28,680 nucleotides of DNA. Origin: Bacteriovoracaceae bacterium. GTDB lineage: Bacteria; Bdellovibrionota; Bacteriovoracia; Bacteriovoracales; Bacteriovoracaceae. The notes below the pieces were generated by a model, which had not been told where the DNA came from, made no database searches, and saw only the letters and a program-made list of their open reading frames with translations. Every line of letters begins with the position of its first letter. The first letter of the stretch is position 1. The DNA lies in the NCBI GenBank assembly GCA_049599895.1, contig JBMYPC010000024.1:1-28680 (forward strand), given 5' to 3'. Below, piece after piece: positions 8,850 to 16,738 of the stretch. The position numbers were made by a program, and so were the translations under genes.

Positions 8850-10090
8850 GCAGCTTCTTTATCTGATTTTTCTGTGTCTGAAGTATTTGCAGGAAATTGC
8901 AATAAATTGTTCTCAGTTTCTTTTTTCTCCTCTTGGCGAGGTTGTTGATTAATCCAGTTTACGGCCTTACTTAAAAACGGCGAGACAAAAAGACTGAGAG
9001 TAATTGAAGAGATCAACATTTGATTAATTTCTAATGAGACCGCATTAATACTGACTGCAGCTCCTAGAATGAGAAGACCAAACTCGCCACCTTGTCCGAT
9101 TAAAAGTCCCATGCTGAGACCCTGTCTCCAGCTTTTATGTTTGATTTTTCCCATAACCGTAAGAATGAGAGTTTTAGTAAACATAAAAGCAAAGGTGATA
9201 GCACTAATTTGCAAGAGATGTTCTTTGATATAGTTAAGATCAAGACTTAGACCAAAGCCCATAAAGAATGCCCCCATGAGCATACTCTTTAGAGGGAGAG
9301 TTACCTTTTGAATTTCAAGTTTAAATTCTGTTGTTGAAAGAAAGATACCTATGAGAAATGCTCCTAAGGCTTTGGAGAGCCCAAGATGCTCAAGAGCGAT
9401 AGCTGATCCAAAGATGAGAAGCATTGTTGTTGAAAAGAAGATCTCTTTTGTTTGAGTTTCTTTAATCCATTTAAGAACAGGATTAAGGGCATATCGAGAA
9501 GTGAGAACAAGTGAAGTTGCTAACAAGAATTTTTTGAGAAAAAGAGAAAACGAGAGACTCTCAGAGAGGTTTGTTTCAGGATTGAGAAAGGGAATAATCG
9601 TGAGAATCGGGATGATGATTAAATCTTGAAAGAGAAGAATCGAAAAGCTCGAGGCACCATAGCTTTTGGTAAGGTTTCCAGACTCTCTAAGGCTAATAAG
9701 AGCAAAGGCTGTCGATGAAAGAGAAAGAGTCATACCAATAAGTGCTGAAGGGAGGAGTTCTTGAATAAAATAATAACTTGCACCAGTAAGAGCAAATGTG
9801 GTCACCAAAAATTGGACAGAACCCTCAAGAACAATACTTTTTCTTAGGGATTTTAGTCTCGCTGGGGAAAGTTCGAGTCCAATAACAAAGAGAAGAAGTA
9901 TGACTCCAATTTCACTTGTTTCTTGTATGTGAGCTGATTGATGGAAGAAACCAAGGGCAGAAGGCCCAAGAGCAATACCAGCGAAGAGATAACCCAAGAC
10001 AGAACCAAGCCCTAAGAGCCTGAAAATAGGAATAAATAGGACACTTGCGCTGAAGAAGTAAAAAAGGTCAACTAAAAGAGTCTCTTTCAT
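8846..10090 (-). CDS. CPA2 cation:proton antiporter, KefB/KefC-like, lacking the KTN domain
   Basis: LGLGSVLGYLFAG, EIGVILLLFVIGLELSP, LSLSSTA, SILLFQD and GQGGEFG motifs. Ends at 414 aa without a TrkA-N domain. Confidence 0.9.
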   Translation of the reverse strand: MKETLLVDLFYFFSASVLFIPIFRLLGLGSVLGYLFAGIALGPSALGFFHQSAHIQETSEIGVILLLFVIGLELSPARLKSLRKSIVLEGSVQFLVTTFALTGASYYFIQELLPSALIGMTLSLSSTAFALISLRESGNLTKSYGASSFSILLFQDLIIIPILTIIPFLNPETNLSESLSFSLFLKKFLLATSLVLTSRYALNPVLKWIKETQTKEIFFSTTMLLIFGSAIALEHLGLSKALGAFLIGIFLSTTEFKLEIQKVTLPLKSMLMGAFFMGFGLSLDLNYIKEHLLQISAITFAFMFTKTLILTVMGKIKHKSWRQGLSMGLLIGQGGEFGLLILGAAVSINAVSLEINQMLISSITLSLFVSPFLSKAVNWINQQPRQEEKKETENNLLQFPANTSDTEKSDKEAA

Positions 10091-10098
10091 CGTCTAAG

Positions 10099-10125
10099 TT
10101 ATCGGAAAATTAGAAATATTCTTTA
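10099..10125 (-). promoter_or_regulatory. Putative sigma28 (FliA) promoter
   Basis: Minus strand reads TAAA-N15-TCCGATAA (consensus TAAA-N15-GCCGATAA), ending 8 nt before the antiporter ATG. Confidence 0.7.
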
Positions 10126-10645
10126 TGGATAAGCCCTTTGCAAATGTCGATTTCTTATTGATTTTTTCGATCTTATTCCTGGAAGTTATCAGTTTTATTT
10201 ATCATTAAGTATTAGATATGTTGTCTTTGCATTCTACAAAGTCAGTATGAGTGAATATTTAATTGTTTTTATTGGTTTGCTTCTATTTGGATCTTTTTTT
10301 GAGAATTGTAAAACTCATGGTCAGAAAGAATCAAATCCATTTCATAATTTAAGTTGTAGCTCAAACTCCTTGAAATACGAAATTTCTTGAAAATATCACC
10401 TTTAACGAGGCTTAGACAAAGGCCCTGAAAGCTTCATTTGAATGGTCTTTACTGAATATACTGAAAACGATTGAGTTTTCAGGCTTTCACTGGGCAGCAG
10501 AAGTGTCCAGCGGACAGTTTTGATGACCTGGGAATCTCTTCAAGCGTCAGCGCTCGGTGTTTCGAAGTTCCCTTATTTGAAATCTAAACCAGTGCGACTA
10601 TTATATAATTAAAGGGAAGGTCATATCGATTCATGGGAGGTATGT

Positions 10646-10888
10646 ATGGAAGTTTCAAGAAGAGATGAACTTATAGTTGAGGGACAGAAGAAGGTCCTTG
10701 ATCAAGTTGTCTATGAACTTAGCCAGCAAGATCAAAGCCTTTACTATGTCGATTCAAGTACGATTGCTCAAATCATTGTCGAATACATCGAAGAGGGCAA
10801 ACTCAATGAACAAGATTTAGAACTTGTAAAAGGATTGAGTCGAAAAGATATCTTAGTTTTACTAAGTTATAACTCTTCTTGTTGTTAG
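10646..10888 (+). CDS. Small acidic hypothetical protein ending in Cys-Cys
   Basis: 80 aa, strong GGGAGG RBS, helical acidic sequence. Confidence 0.75.
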   Translation: MEVSRRDELIVEGQKKVLDQVVYELSQQDQSLYYVDSSTIAQIIVEYIEEGKLNEQDLELVKGLSRKDILVLLSYNSSCC

Positions 10889-10903
10889 CTCATTTGCCAA
10901 TAA

Positions 10904-10943
10904 GTCATTTTTTTCTTAAGTTTTTAAACTAAAAAGGAATGAC
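10904..10943. terminator. Imperfect AT-rich stem-loop between convergent genes
   Basis: GTCATTTTTTT..AGTTT/AAACT..AAAAAGGAATGAC inverted arms. Confidence 0.3.
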
Positions 10944-11038
10944 GAATGCAGGATTGAGTGTTTGAGTTTTGGTTCTCTGAACTTAAATTTCTTAAACAGC
11001 CGGGCTCTTCTTTTTAACTGAATAAATTTACTAGCTAC

Positions 11039-12568
11039 TTATATGTCGTCTGTGACGACCCCATAATGAGGATCTTCCATAATATCGACTTCAATGATTG
11101 TCTCCGCCCGACTCAGTAAGCGTCTGCAATCTGGACTAAGATGACGAAGACGGACCTTTTTCCCTAATTTCCCATAACGGGTTGTCAGTTTTTGGACTGC
11201 TTCAATGCCACTATGATCGGCGATTCTTGATTCTTTGAAATCAACAATGATCTGGCCAGGATCTTCTGCTGGGGTGAACTTTTCCTGAAAAAGAGTCGTT
11301 GAACCAAAGAAAAGAGGACCCCAAATTTCATAGAGCTTCACACCATCTTCAAGAGTCGTTTTTCTGGCACGAATTCTTACCGCACTTTCCCAAGCAAAGA
11401 CCAGCGCGGAAGTGATAACGCCTGCAATAACGGCGATGGCCAAGTCAAAAATAATAGTGACTCCAGAAACAAGGATTAAAACAAATGAGTCTGAAACTGG
11501 AATCTTATTAAGATATCGGATACTGGTCCATTCAAAGGTTCCAATACACACCATAAACATGACTCCCACAAGTGCTGCGACAGGAATCATCTCAATTAAG
11601 CTTGAAGTAAAGAGAATAAAAATAAGAAGAAAAACTGAAGCACTGATACCTGAAAGTCTCGCCCTTGCTCCACTAGTGACATTGATAATACTTTGTCCGA
11701 TCATGGCACAGCCACCCATTCCGCCAAAGAGCCCAGTCACAATGTTTGCTGCTCCTTGGGCAACACATTCTTTATTTCCGGAACCTCTTGTTTCTGTGAG
11801 CTCGTCAACAAGTGTGAGGGTGAGGAGTGATTCAATAAGTCCAATTCCTGCAAGAATTAAAGAATAAGGAAAAATAATCTTAAGTGTTTCATAGGAAAAG
11901 GGAACATCAGGAATACTAAAGACGGGAAAGCCACCTTTAATAGAGGCAAGGTCACCCACAGACTTAGTCGGAAGGTCTGCAAAAATCGCAATACCTGATA
12001 CGACTAAGATTGCTGCCAATGATGATGGAATGGCTTTTGTCAGTTTAGGGAGAAAATAAATTATCGCCATTGTGAGAAGGATCAAGCCAAGCATCAGCAT
12101 TAAAGGGATCCCTGTTAGCCACTGTAATTCTCCATTAGCATCAGGAGCTTTAAATTGAGTGAGCTGAGCAAGAAAGATCACGATCGCAAGACCATTAACA
12201 AAACCAAGAATGACCGGCTCTGGAACTAAGCGGATAAACTTTCCAAGTTTGAGAACTCCCATGATGACCTGAAGAATTCCCATCAGAACAACTGTGGCAA
12301 ACAAATACTGAACTCCATGAGTGCTAACGAGATCAACCATAACAACCGCTAAGGCTCCGGTTGCCCCAGAAATCATGCCTGGTCTTCCTCCAAAAATTGA
12401 GGTGATTAAACAAATCATAAAAGCGGCATAGAGACCTACTAAAGGTTCAACTCCTGCGACAAAAGCAAAAGCGACAGCTTCAGGAACCAAAGCAAGAGCA
12501 ACTGTAAGGCCTGAGAGAACTTCTGTTTTAACGCTAGATTTGGGAAAATATTTTTCAAAAATAGGCAT
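11039..12568 (-). CDS. SulP family inorganic anion (sulfate/bicarbonate) transporter with STAS domain
   Basis: SGLTVALALVPEAVAF, GGRPGMISGATGA, GGMGGCAMIGQS and GPLFFGS motifs. Confidence 0.95.
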   Translation of the reverse strand: MPIFEKYFPKSSVKTEVLSGLTVALALVPEAVAFAFVAGVEPLVGLYAAFMICLITSIFGGRPGMISGATGALAVVMVDLVSTHGVQYLFATVVLMGILQVIMGVLKLGKFIRLVPEPVILGFVNGLAIVIFLAQLTQFKAPDANGELQWLTGIPLMLMLGLILLTMAIIYFLPKLTKAIPSSLAAILVVSGIAIFADLPTKSVGDLASIKGGFPVFSIPDVPFSYETLKIIFPYSLILAGIGLIESLLTLTLVDELTETRGSGNKECVAQGAANIVTGLFGGMGGCAMIGQSIINVTSGARARLSGISASVFLLIFILFTSSLIEMIPVAALVGVMFMVCIGTFEWTSIRYLNKIPVSDSFVLILVSGVTIIFDLAIAVIAGVITSALVFAWESAVRIRARKTTLEDGVKLYEIWGPLFFGSTTLFQEKFTPAEDPGQIIVDFKESRIADHSGIEAVQKLTTRYGKLGKKVRLRHLSPDCRRLLSRAETIIEVDIMEDPHYGVVTDDI

Positions 12569-12658
12569 AGCTATTGGTTTCCTAACTTAAGCACATTCAC
12601 ATAAATTTTGGTGAAAATGATGGGAGGGATTAACTTACAAGTTCTTATAAACAATTTA

Positions 12659-13192
12659 TTAGAGTTCGAAAAGGAAGATCTCGATTAGTTTGAGCCAACT
12701 GTTTGAAATGACACAGTTTCTGATTGTCATAAATTTTTGATTAAGGCCAATTTCACAAGGATTTTCAGTGTTTTGACTGAGAAGACTTGAAACTGGAAGT
12801 TTTAACTAGGATGAGGAACAATGTTTAAAATCGAACTTGATCTAAAGCTGATTCAGTTGTCAGGTCATAACAGAGATATTTTTTGTTGGAATTAATAATT
12901 CTTAAGAGCTGGCTTGTTTGTTCCGCACTGCAGAGATTAATTCCTTTAAGGTCTATTGTTATGAGTTCATTGTTAAAGGTTCCAGGGGCACCAAACTTTC
13001 TTCTAAAATCCTGTTCATTGGCATAAAAGATTTCTTGAGAATTATCATTCTCATCATGGTCAATAATAAAAAAGCAAACTTCTGATGTGCAGACTTCACC
13101 TTCTGTAAGACTGAAATCTTTGTCGTTTGTGGCGCAAAGGCCATTGTAAGAGAAGAAGTCAAAAAAACCATAATAAAGAGTTGTTTGATCAT
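12659..13192 (-). pseudogene. Secreted Cys-containing hypothetical protein, frameshifted
   Basis: Signal peptide MIKQLFIMVFLTSSLTMAFA, then a frameshift near 13133 into a long open frame ATNDKDFSLTEGEVCTSEVCFFIID..LCYDLTTESALDQVRF*. A further fragment (SQNTENPCEIG..IRNCVI) lies in another frame. Confidence 0.55.
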
Positions 13193-13328
13193 ACTAGTCC
13201 TCTGAATTGCTTATTTGAAAGCGTCGCTTTTCTTAAATTCTTCTTACTGGGTAGGGATTTGTCTCAACCTAATAAAATTTACAAAGTCCACCTATGGGGT
13301 AAAAATGGGAAGCGAATAAGGATGAGAT

Positions 13329-14387
13329 ATGAAAGTATTTAAAATTATTAGTTTTTTTATGTTGCTCTCCATGCAAGTCAAGGCTTTAAAGTTAGAACCC
13401 TTAGTTCAGACTGAAGAGATTATCTGGGGATTTACCTATATTTCAGACTCCGAAATCATCTTCACCGAGCGAGAAGGTAGTCTCTTTTATTACAATATAA
13501 AGTCTAAAGAAAAGATCAAAATACCTCATCCTAAATATGCTCCCGTCGGTCAAGGAGGGCTTCTTGATGTCCTTTCCGTTATTCATCAAAAAAATCACTA
13601 CATCTATCTTACTTATTCTGAGAAGTATAAAGGACAGTACGTTACAACATTGGCCCGCGGTGTTTATAAAAATAAAACGATAAAGAGTTTTGAAAATCTT
13701 TTTCGAACAAAAATTAAAAGCAATACCAAAAGACATTTTGGCTCAAGGCTGGTGATGAAGGATGGCTTTTTGTTTATGACTGTTGGTGACCGAGGAGAAA
13801 GAGATTATTCGCAAAGTCTTGAGTCTCACCAAGGTAAAATTTTGCGACTGACTTTAGATGGTAAGGCTGCACCTGGAAATCCTTTTATTGGTCAAGCAAA
13901 AGCGCTTGATGAAATTTGGTCTTATGGCCATCGTAATCCACAGGGGATTGATATCAATCCTAAAGATGGAAAACTTTATAGTTGTGAGTTTGGACCACGA
14001 GGTGGTGATGAACTCAATCTTATTGAGAAGTCAAAAAACTATGGTTGGCCAACTATTACCTACGGAAGAGAATATTGGGGACCTAAGATTGGCCCTCCTA
14101 CAAAGCCTGGTTTAGAGCAACCGATAACTTATTGGACTCCAAGTATATCTCCTTCTGGAATGGTCTTTTATCGAGGAGAGAAGATAAAAAAATGGAAAGG
14201 AAATCTTTTTCTCGCAAATCTAAGCTCAACGCACTTAAGAAGACTGGTTCTTAAAGATGGCAAAGTCATTGAGCAAGAAGAGTTGTTTAAAGATCGTGAC
14301 GAGCGATTTAGACAAGTTCGAAATACTCCTGACGGGTTTCTCGCGGTTTCAACCGATGGTGGCTTTATCTATAAAGTACTTCCCTAG
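13329..14387 (+). CDS. PQQ-dependent aldose sugar dehydrogenase (YliI/Asd family)
   Basis: Signal peptide; GQGGLLDV, HFGSRL, GKILRL, SYGHRNPQG, GPRGGDELN, NYGWP and SISPSG motifs. Confidence 0.93.
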   Translation: MKVFKIISFFMLLSMQVKALKLEPLVQTEEIIWGFTYISDSEIIFTEREGSLFYYNIKSKEKIKIPHPKYAPVGQGGLLDVLSVIHQKNHYIYLTYSEKYKGQYVTTLARGVYKNKTIKSFENLFRTKIKSNTKRHFGSRLVMKDGFLFMTVGDRGERDYSQSLESHQGKILRLTLDGKAAPGNPFIGQAKALDEIWSYGHRNPQGIDINPKDGKLYSCEFGPRGGDELNLIEKSKNYGWPTITYGREYWGPKIGPPTKPGLEQPITYWTPSISPSGMVFYRGEKIKKWKGNLFLANLSSTHLRRLVLKDGKVIEQEELFKDRDERFRQVRNTPDGFLAVSTDGGFIYKVLP

Positions 14388-14493
14388 ATAAAACTCTTAA
14401 AGATAAGTCCCAAGTTGACACTTATAATAGTTTGGCACTGGGGTCATTACCGAGGGGCGCTGCGTCTTCTTGTTGTAAAGACATTTAAAATTA

Positions 14494-14509
14494 TGGAACA
14501 CAATTTGCT
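14494..14509 (+). promoter_or_regulatory. Putative sigma54 (-24/-12) promoter
   Basis: TGGAAC-ACAAT-TTGCT with exact GG-N10-GC spacing. Predicted TSS near 14520, directly before the AAGGAG RBS and ATG 14541. Confidence 0.6.
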
Positions 14510-14540
14510 TCTTAACCTAGCATCAATTAAGGAGAGAGTT

Positions 14541-15002
14541 ATGAAGAAAGTGTTATTTGCAGTTTTTGCATTTTTTTGTGCGTTTCAATTACAAGCTTAT
14601 GAACCCTACAAACCGATGAAAGAGTATAAGCAGTATAAACCTTATAAGAGACTTGCTGACCGAGCAGAGAGAAAAGAGTGCCGGTCTAATCCAAACAGAT
14701 ATTCATGCCAAGGGTCGAGACCCCATTGTAGAAGCAATCCCAATAGTTATTACTGTCAAGGAACTGAAGCTCATTGTGAAAGTAGCCCAAGCAGCTATTA
14801 CTGCCAGGGAACGAAGGCCCATTGTCACAGTAGCCCTAGTAGTTATTATTGCCAAGGAACTCCAGCTCATTGTCGTCAAAGCCCTAGTAGTTATTATTGC
14901 CAAGGGACAAGACCTCACTGTAGACAAAGTCCAAGCAGTTATTACTGCCAAGGAACAAGAGCTCATTGTCGAAGCAATCCGTCGAGTTATTATTGTCGAT
15001 AA
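14541..15002 (+). CDS. Secreted Cys/Tyr/Ser-rich tandem-repeat protein (153 aa)
   Basis: AAGGAGA RBS, Sec signal MKKVLFAVFAFFCAFQLQA, Tyr-x-x periodic segment, then seven C-x8-C repeats. Confidence 0.85.
   Translation: MKKVLFAVFAFFCAFQLQAYEPYKPMKEYKQYKPYKRLADRAERKECRSNPNRYSCQGSRPHCRSNPNSYYCQGTEAHCESSPSSYYCQGTKAHCHSSPSSYYCQGTPAHCRQSPSSYYCQGTRPHCRQSPSSYYCQGTRAHCRSNPSSYYCR
14679..14999 (+). repeat. 48-bp / 16-aa coding tandem repeat, 6 full + 1 partial
   Basis: Consensus C-R-S-S/N-P-S-S-Y-Y-C-Q-G-T-x-A/P-H. Copies differ at synonymous positions. Confidence 0.95.
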
Positions 15003-15020
15003 TTAAGTCTTAAAAGATAG

Positions 15021-15055
15021 AGCTCTAGTCCAGCTATGGCTGTTGGATTAGGGCT
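15021..15055 (+). terminator. 14-bp stem-loop at 3' end of the repeat-protein gene
   Basis: AGCTCTAGTCCAGC pairs with GTTGGATTAGGGCT, including three G-U pairs that only form on the + strand RNA. No clear U-tract. Confidence 0.6.
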
Positions 15056-15056
15056 A

Positions 15057-16082
15057 TCAAAATATTTTCAGCGCTTTATCTGGCTTAGCGTAGCTGAGTC
15101 TTCCTAGTGAACTTATATCAAAGTATTCATCGAGGCCTGTTGCCGCTATTGGTGCAAGGAGATTTTGGTTGAGGTGACCATCTGAAAGAATTGAGTTTTC
15201 AGGTAAAATAATTTTTTCTATCTGCCCGATGATAAGATGCACTCCATTCTCTTCAAGTTTTATTTCTCGTAAAAAACGAACGCCAAGTTTTACTTTTGAT
15301 TCGGCAACAAAAGGAGCGATAAAATTCTCTTGAAATTCAGCTTGAAGATTACAAGCTTTAAACTCTGAAATCTTTTTAGGATATCGAGCACTGGTTTGAT
15401 GAGATTGTTGAATGATATTTTTATGGACTTGATTAATTGTGAAATAACCCGTGGATTTGATGTTTTCAAGGGTATGGCGTTCCACTGAGTCTGGGCGATT
15501 AATGAACCCAACCAAAGCAGGGTTGGCCCCGAGGTGAACGACTGAGCTTATTATAGCGAGGTTCGTATTTTGTTCTTGATCAATTGAACCAATAAGGTTT
15601 ACTGGTTTCGGTCCCACGAGACTATTAATGAGTTTAACTCTAAAGCGATGATCCATATTATTAAGATCATCTTGAGAGAAGACCTTCGCCTTTTCAGTTT
15701 TAAAGTAAAGGGCCTTCTTTAAGATTAAAAAGAACGGAATCCACCAAATCAGGTCATTGAAGATTATATTGAGTCCAAAGCTTAGTGGAAAAATTCCTTG
15801 AATGAGAGCATAGGCAAAGCCAATTGGGCCAAAGACTTTACCTAAGAAGCCAACAAGAACGATTGGCCAATGCTTTAAGGGATTAAAAGCTGCAATAATA
15901 TATCCAAGACCATAGACTCCTACAATCATTCCTACACATTGCCAGATCTCAAGATATTTTGGAGGTTCAGCACCTAAAACAGTAAAAGAAAGCTCAGGAA
16001 AAAAAATGACCCACGCTCCCCAGAGGAAATTATAGATTCCAGCTAGAACAAGGGTGTAGTAAGCAAAGTCCCTTTTTATCAT
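15057..16082 (-). CDS. Fusion of a four-helix membrane domain and a flavin reductase-like (DIM6/NTAB) domain
   Basis: N-terminus: AGIYNFLWG..EIWQCVGMIVGVYGLGY..HWPIVLVGFLGKVFGPIGF. C-terminus: KLINSLVGPKPVNLIGS..NLAIISSVVHLGANPAL..RHTLENI. ATG 16082 has a GAAGGA RBS. Confidence 0.85.
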   Translation of the reverse strand: MIKRDFAYYTLVLAGIYNFLWGAWVIFFPELSFTVLGAEPPKYLEIWQCVGMIVGVYGLGYIIAAFNPLKHWPIVLVGFLGKVFGPIGFAYALIQGIFPLSFGLNIIFNDLIWWIPFFLILKKALYFKTEKAKVFSQDDLNNMDHRFRVKLINSLVGPKPVNLIGSIDQEQNTNLAIISSVVHLGANPALVGFINRPDSVERHTLENIKSTGYFTINQVHKNIIQQSHQTSARYPKKISEFKACNLQAEFQENFIAPFVAESKVKLGVRFLREIKLEENGVHLIIGQIEKIILPENSILSDGHLNQNLLAPIAATGLDEYFDISSLGRLSYAKPDKALKIF

Positions 16083-16092
16083 TTTTGTTCCT

Positions 16093-16503
16093 TCATTTGA
16101 TGAGGTGGAATGAACCAAGAAAAAATTTAAAGGACCAACAAAGAGTCCTGATCCAATTGGTTTTTATGAGTTTATCAACAATGTTTTTTTGATATCCATC
16201 GGACAGTTTTTTATGACAAGGCATACTGACGAAAATTGTAGTGGCCCAAATGATAGCGACAAGAAGAAAGTTCAGTGAGTTGATCTTGCCCTGCTTGAAA
16301 GTTAAAAGGTAGGCAGAGCTCGAGAGTTCGAGAAGCATCAGTGGAAGAACAATAAGGGTAATTCTTGAAGCATGAAAACTTTCAAAAGAGCGAAATCTCG
16401 ATTTCTCAACATAATGAAAACTAGGGTAGTGAACCAATTGAATGACCCAAATTAATCCCACGAGAACAGCTGTACAAAGGTGGTTGAAGCTCGTCATATC
16501 CAT
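16093..16503 (-). CDS. Conserved-looking hypothetical membrane protein
   Basis: GLIWVIQLVHYP, FHASRITLIVLPLMLLEL and NWIRT motifs; about four hydrophobic helices. Confidence 0.75.
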   Translation of the reverse strand: MDMTSFNHLCTAVLVGLIWVIQLVHYPSFHYVEKSRFRSFESFHASRITLIVLPLMLLELSSSAYLLTFKQGKINSLNFLLVAIIWATTIFVSMPCHKKLSDGYQKNIVDKLIKTNWIRTLCWSFKFFLGSFHLIK

Positions 16504-16738
16504 GCACTAAGCATAAACGAGAAATGATATTGGTGAACCTATGCCTAAGCTTTGTTGAGGTTTGGGAGCCGTCGTAATTCAAAAAAGGAAAGTTTAGATC
16601 TGTGTAATATCTATAACCTGGCATCTTTCATCATTTCCAAAAAGCTATAATCTTTACTCTGATCAAGACAACTAAGCCCAAGCTATGTCTAGTTGAGCTT
16701 TTTGCACTGACTAATATTAACAAAAGTGAGTCTTTATT

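Noticed and set aside
14679..14999. 48-bp tandem repeat as a CRISPR array or non-coding repeat
   Set aside because: There are no unique spacers and no cas genes. The period is a multiple of 3 and variation is codon-structured.
14541..15002. Repeat protein as a multi-core RiPP precursor for the YcaO
   Set aside because: It has a Sec signal, lies more than 9 kb from the YcaO, shows no clear protease sites between units and has no adjacent maturases.
14653..15006. Alternative-frame and antisense ORFs over the repeat
   Set aside because: These are shadow ORFs caused by the stop-poor repeat; they lack an RBS and a signal peptide.
16421..16624. 67-aa minus-strand ORF upstream of the membrane protein
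   Set aside because: It overlaps the next gene, has no RBS and no recognisable motif. It could be a remnant but this is unsupported.
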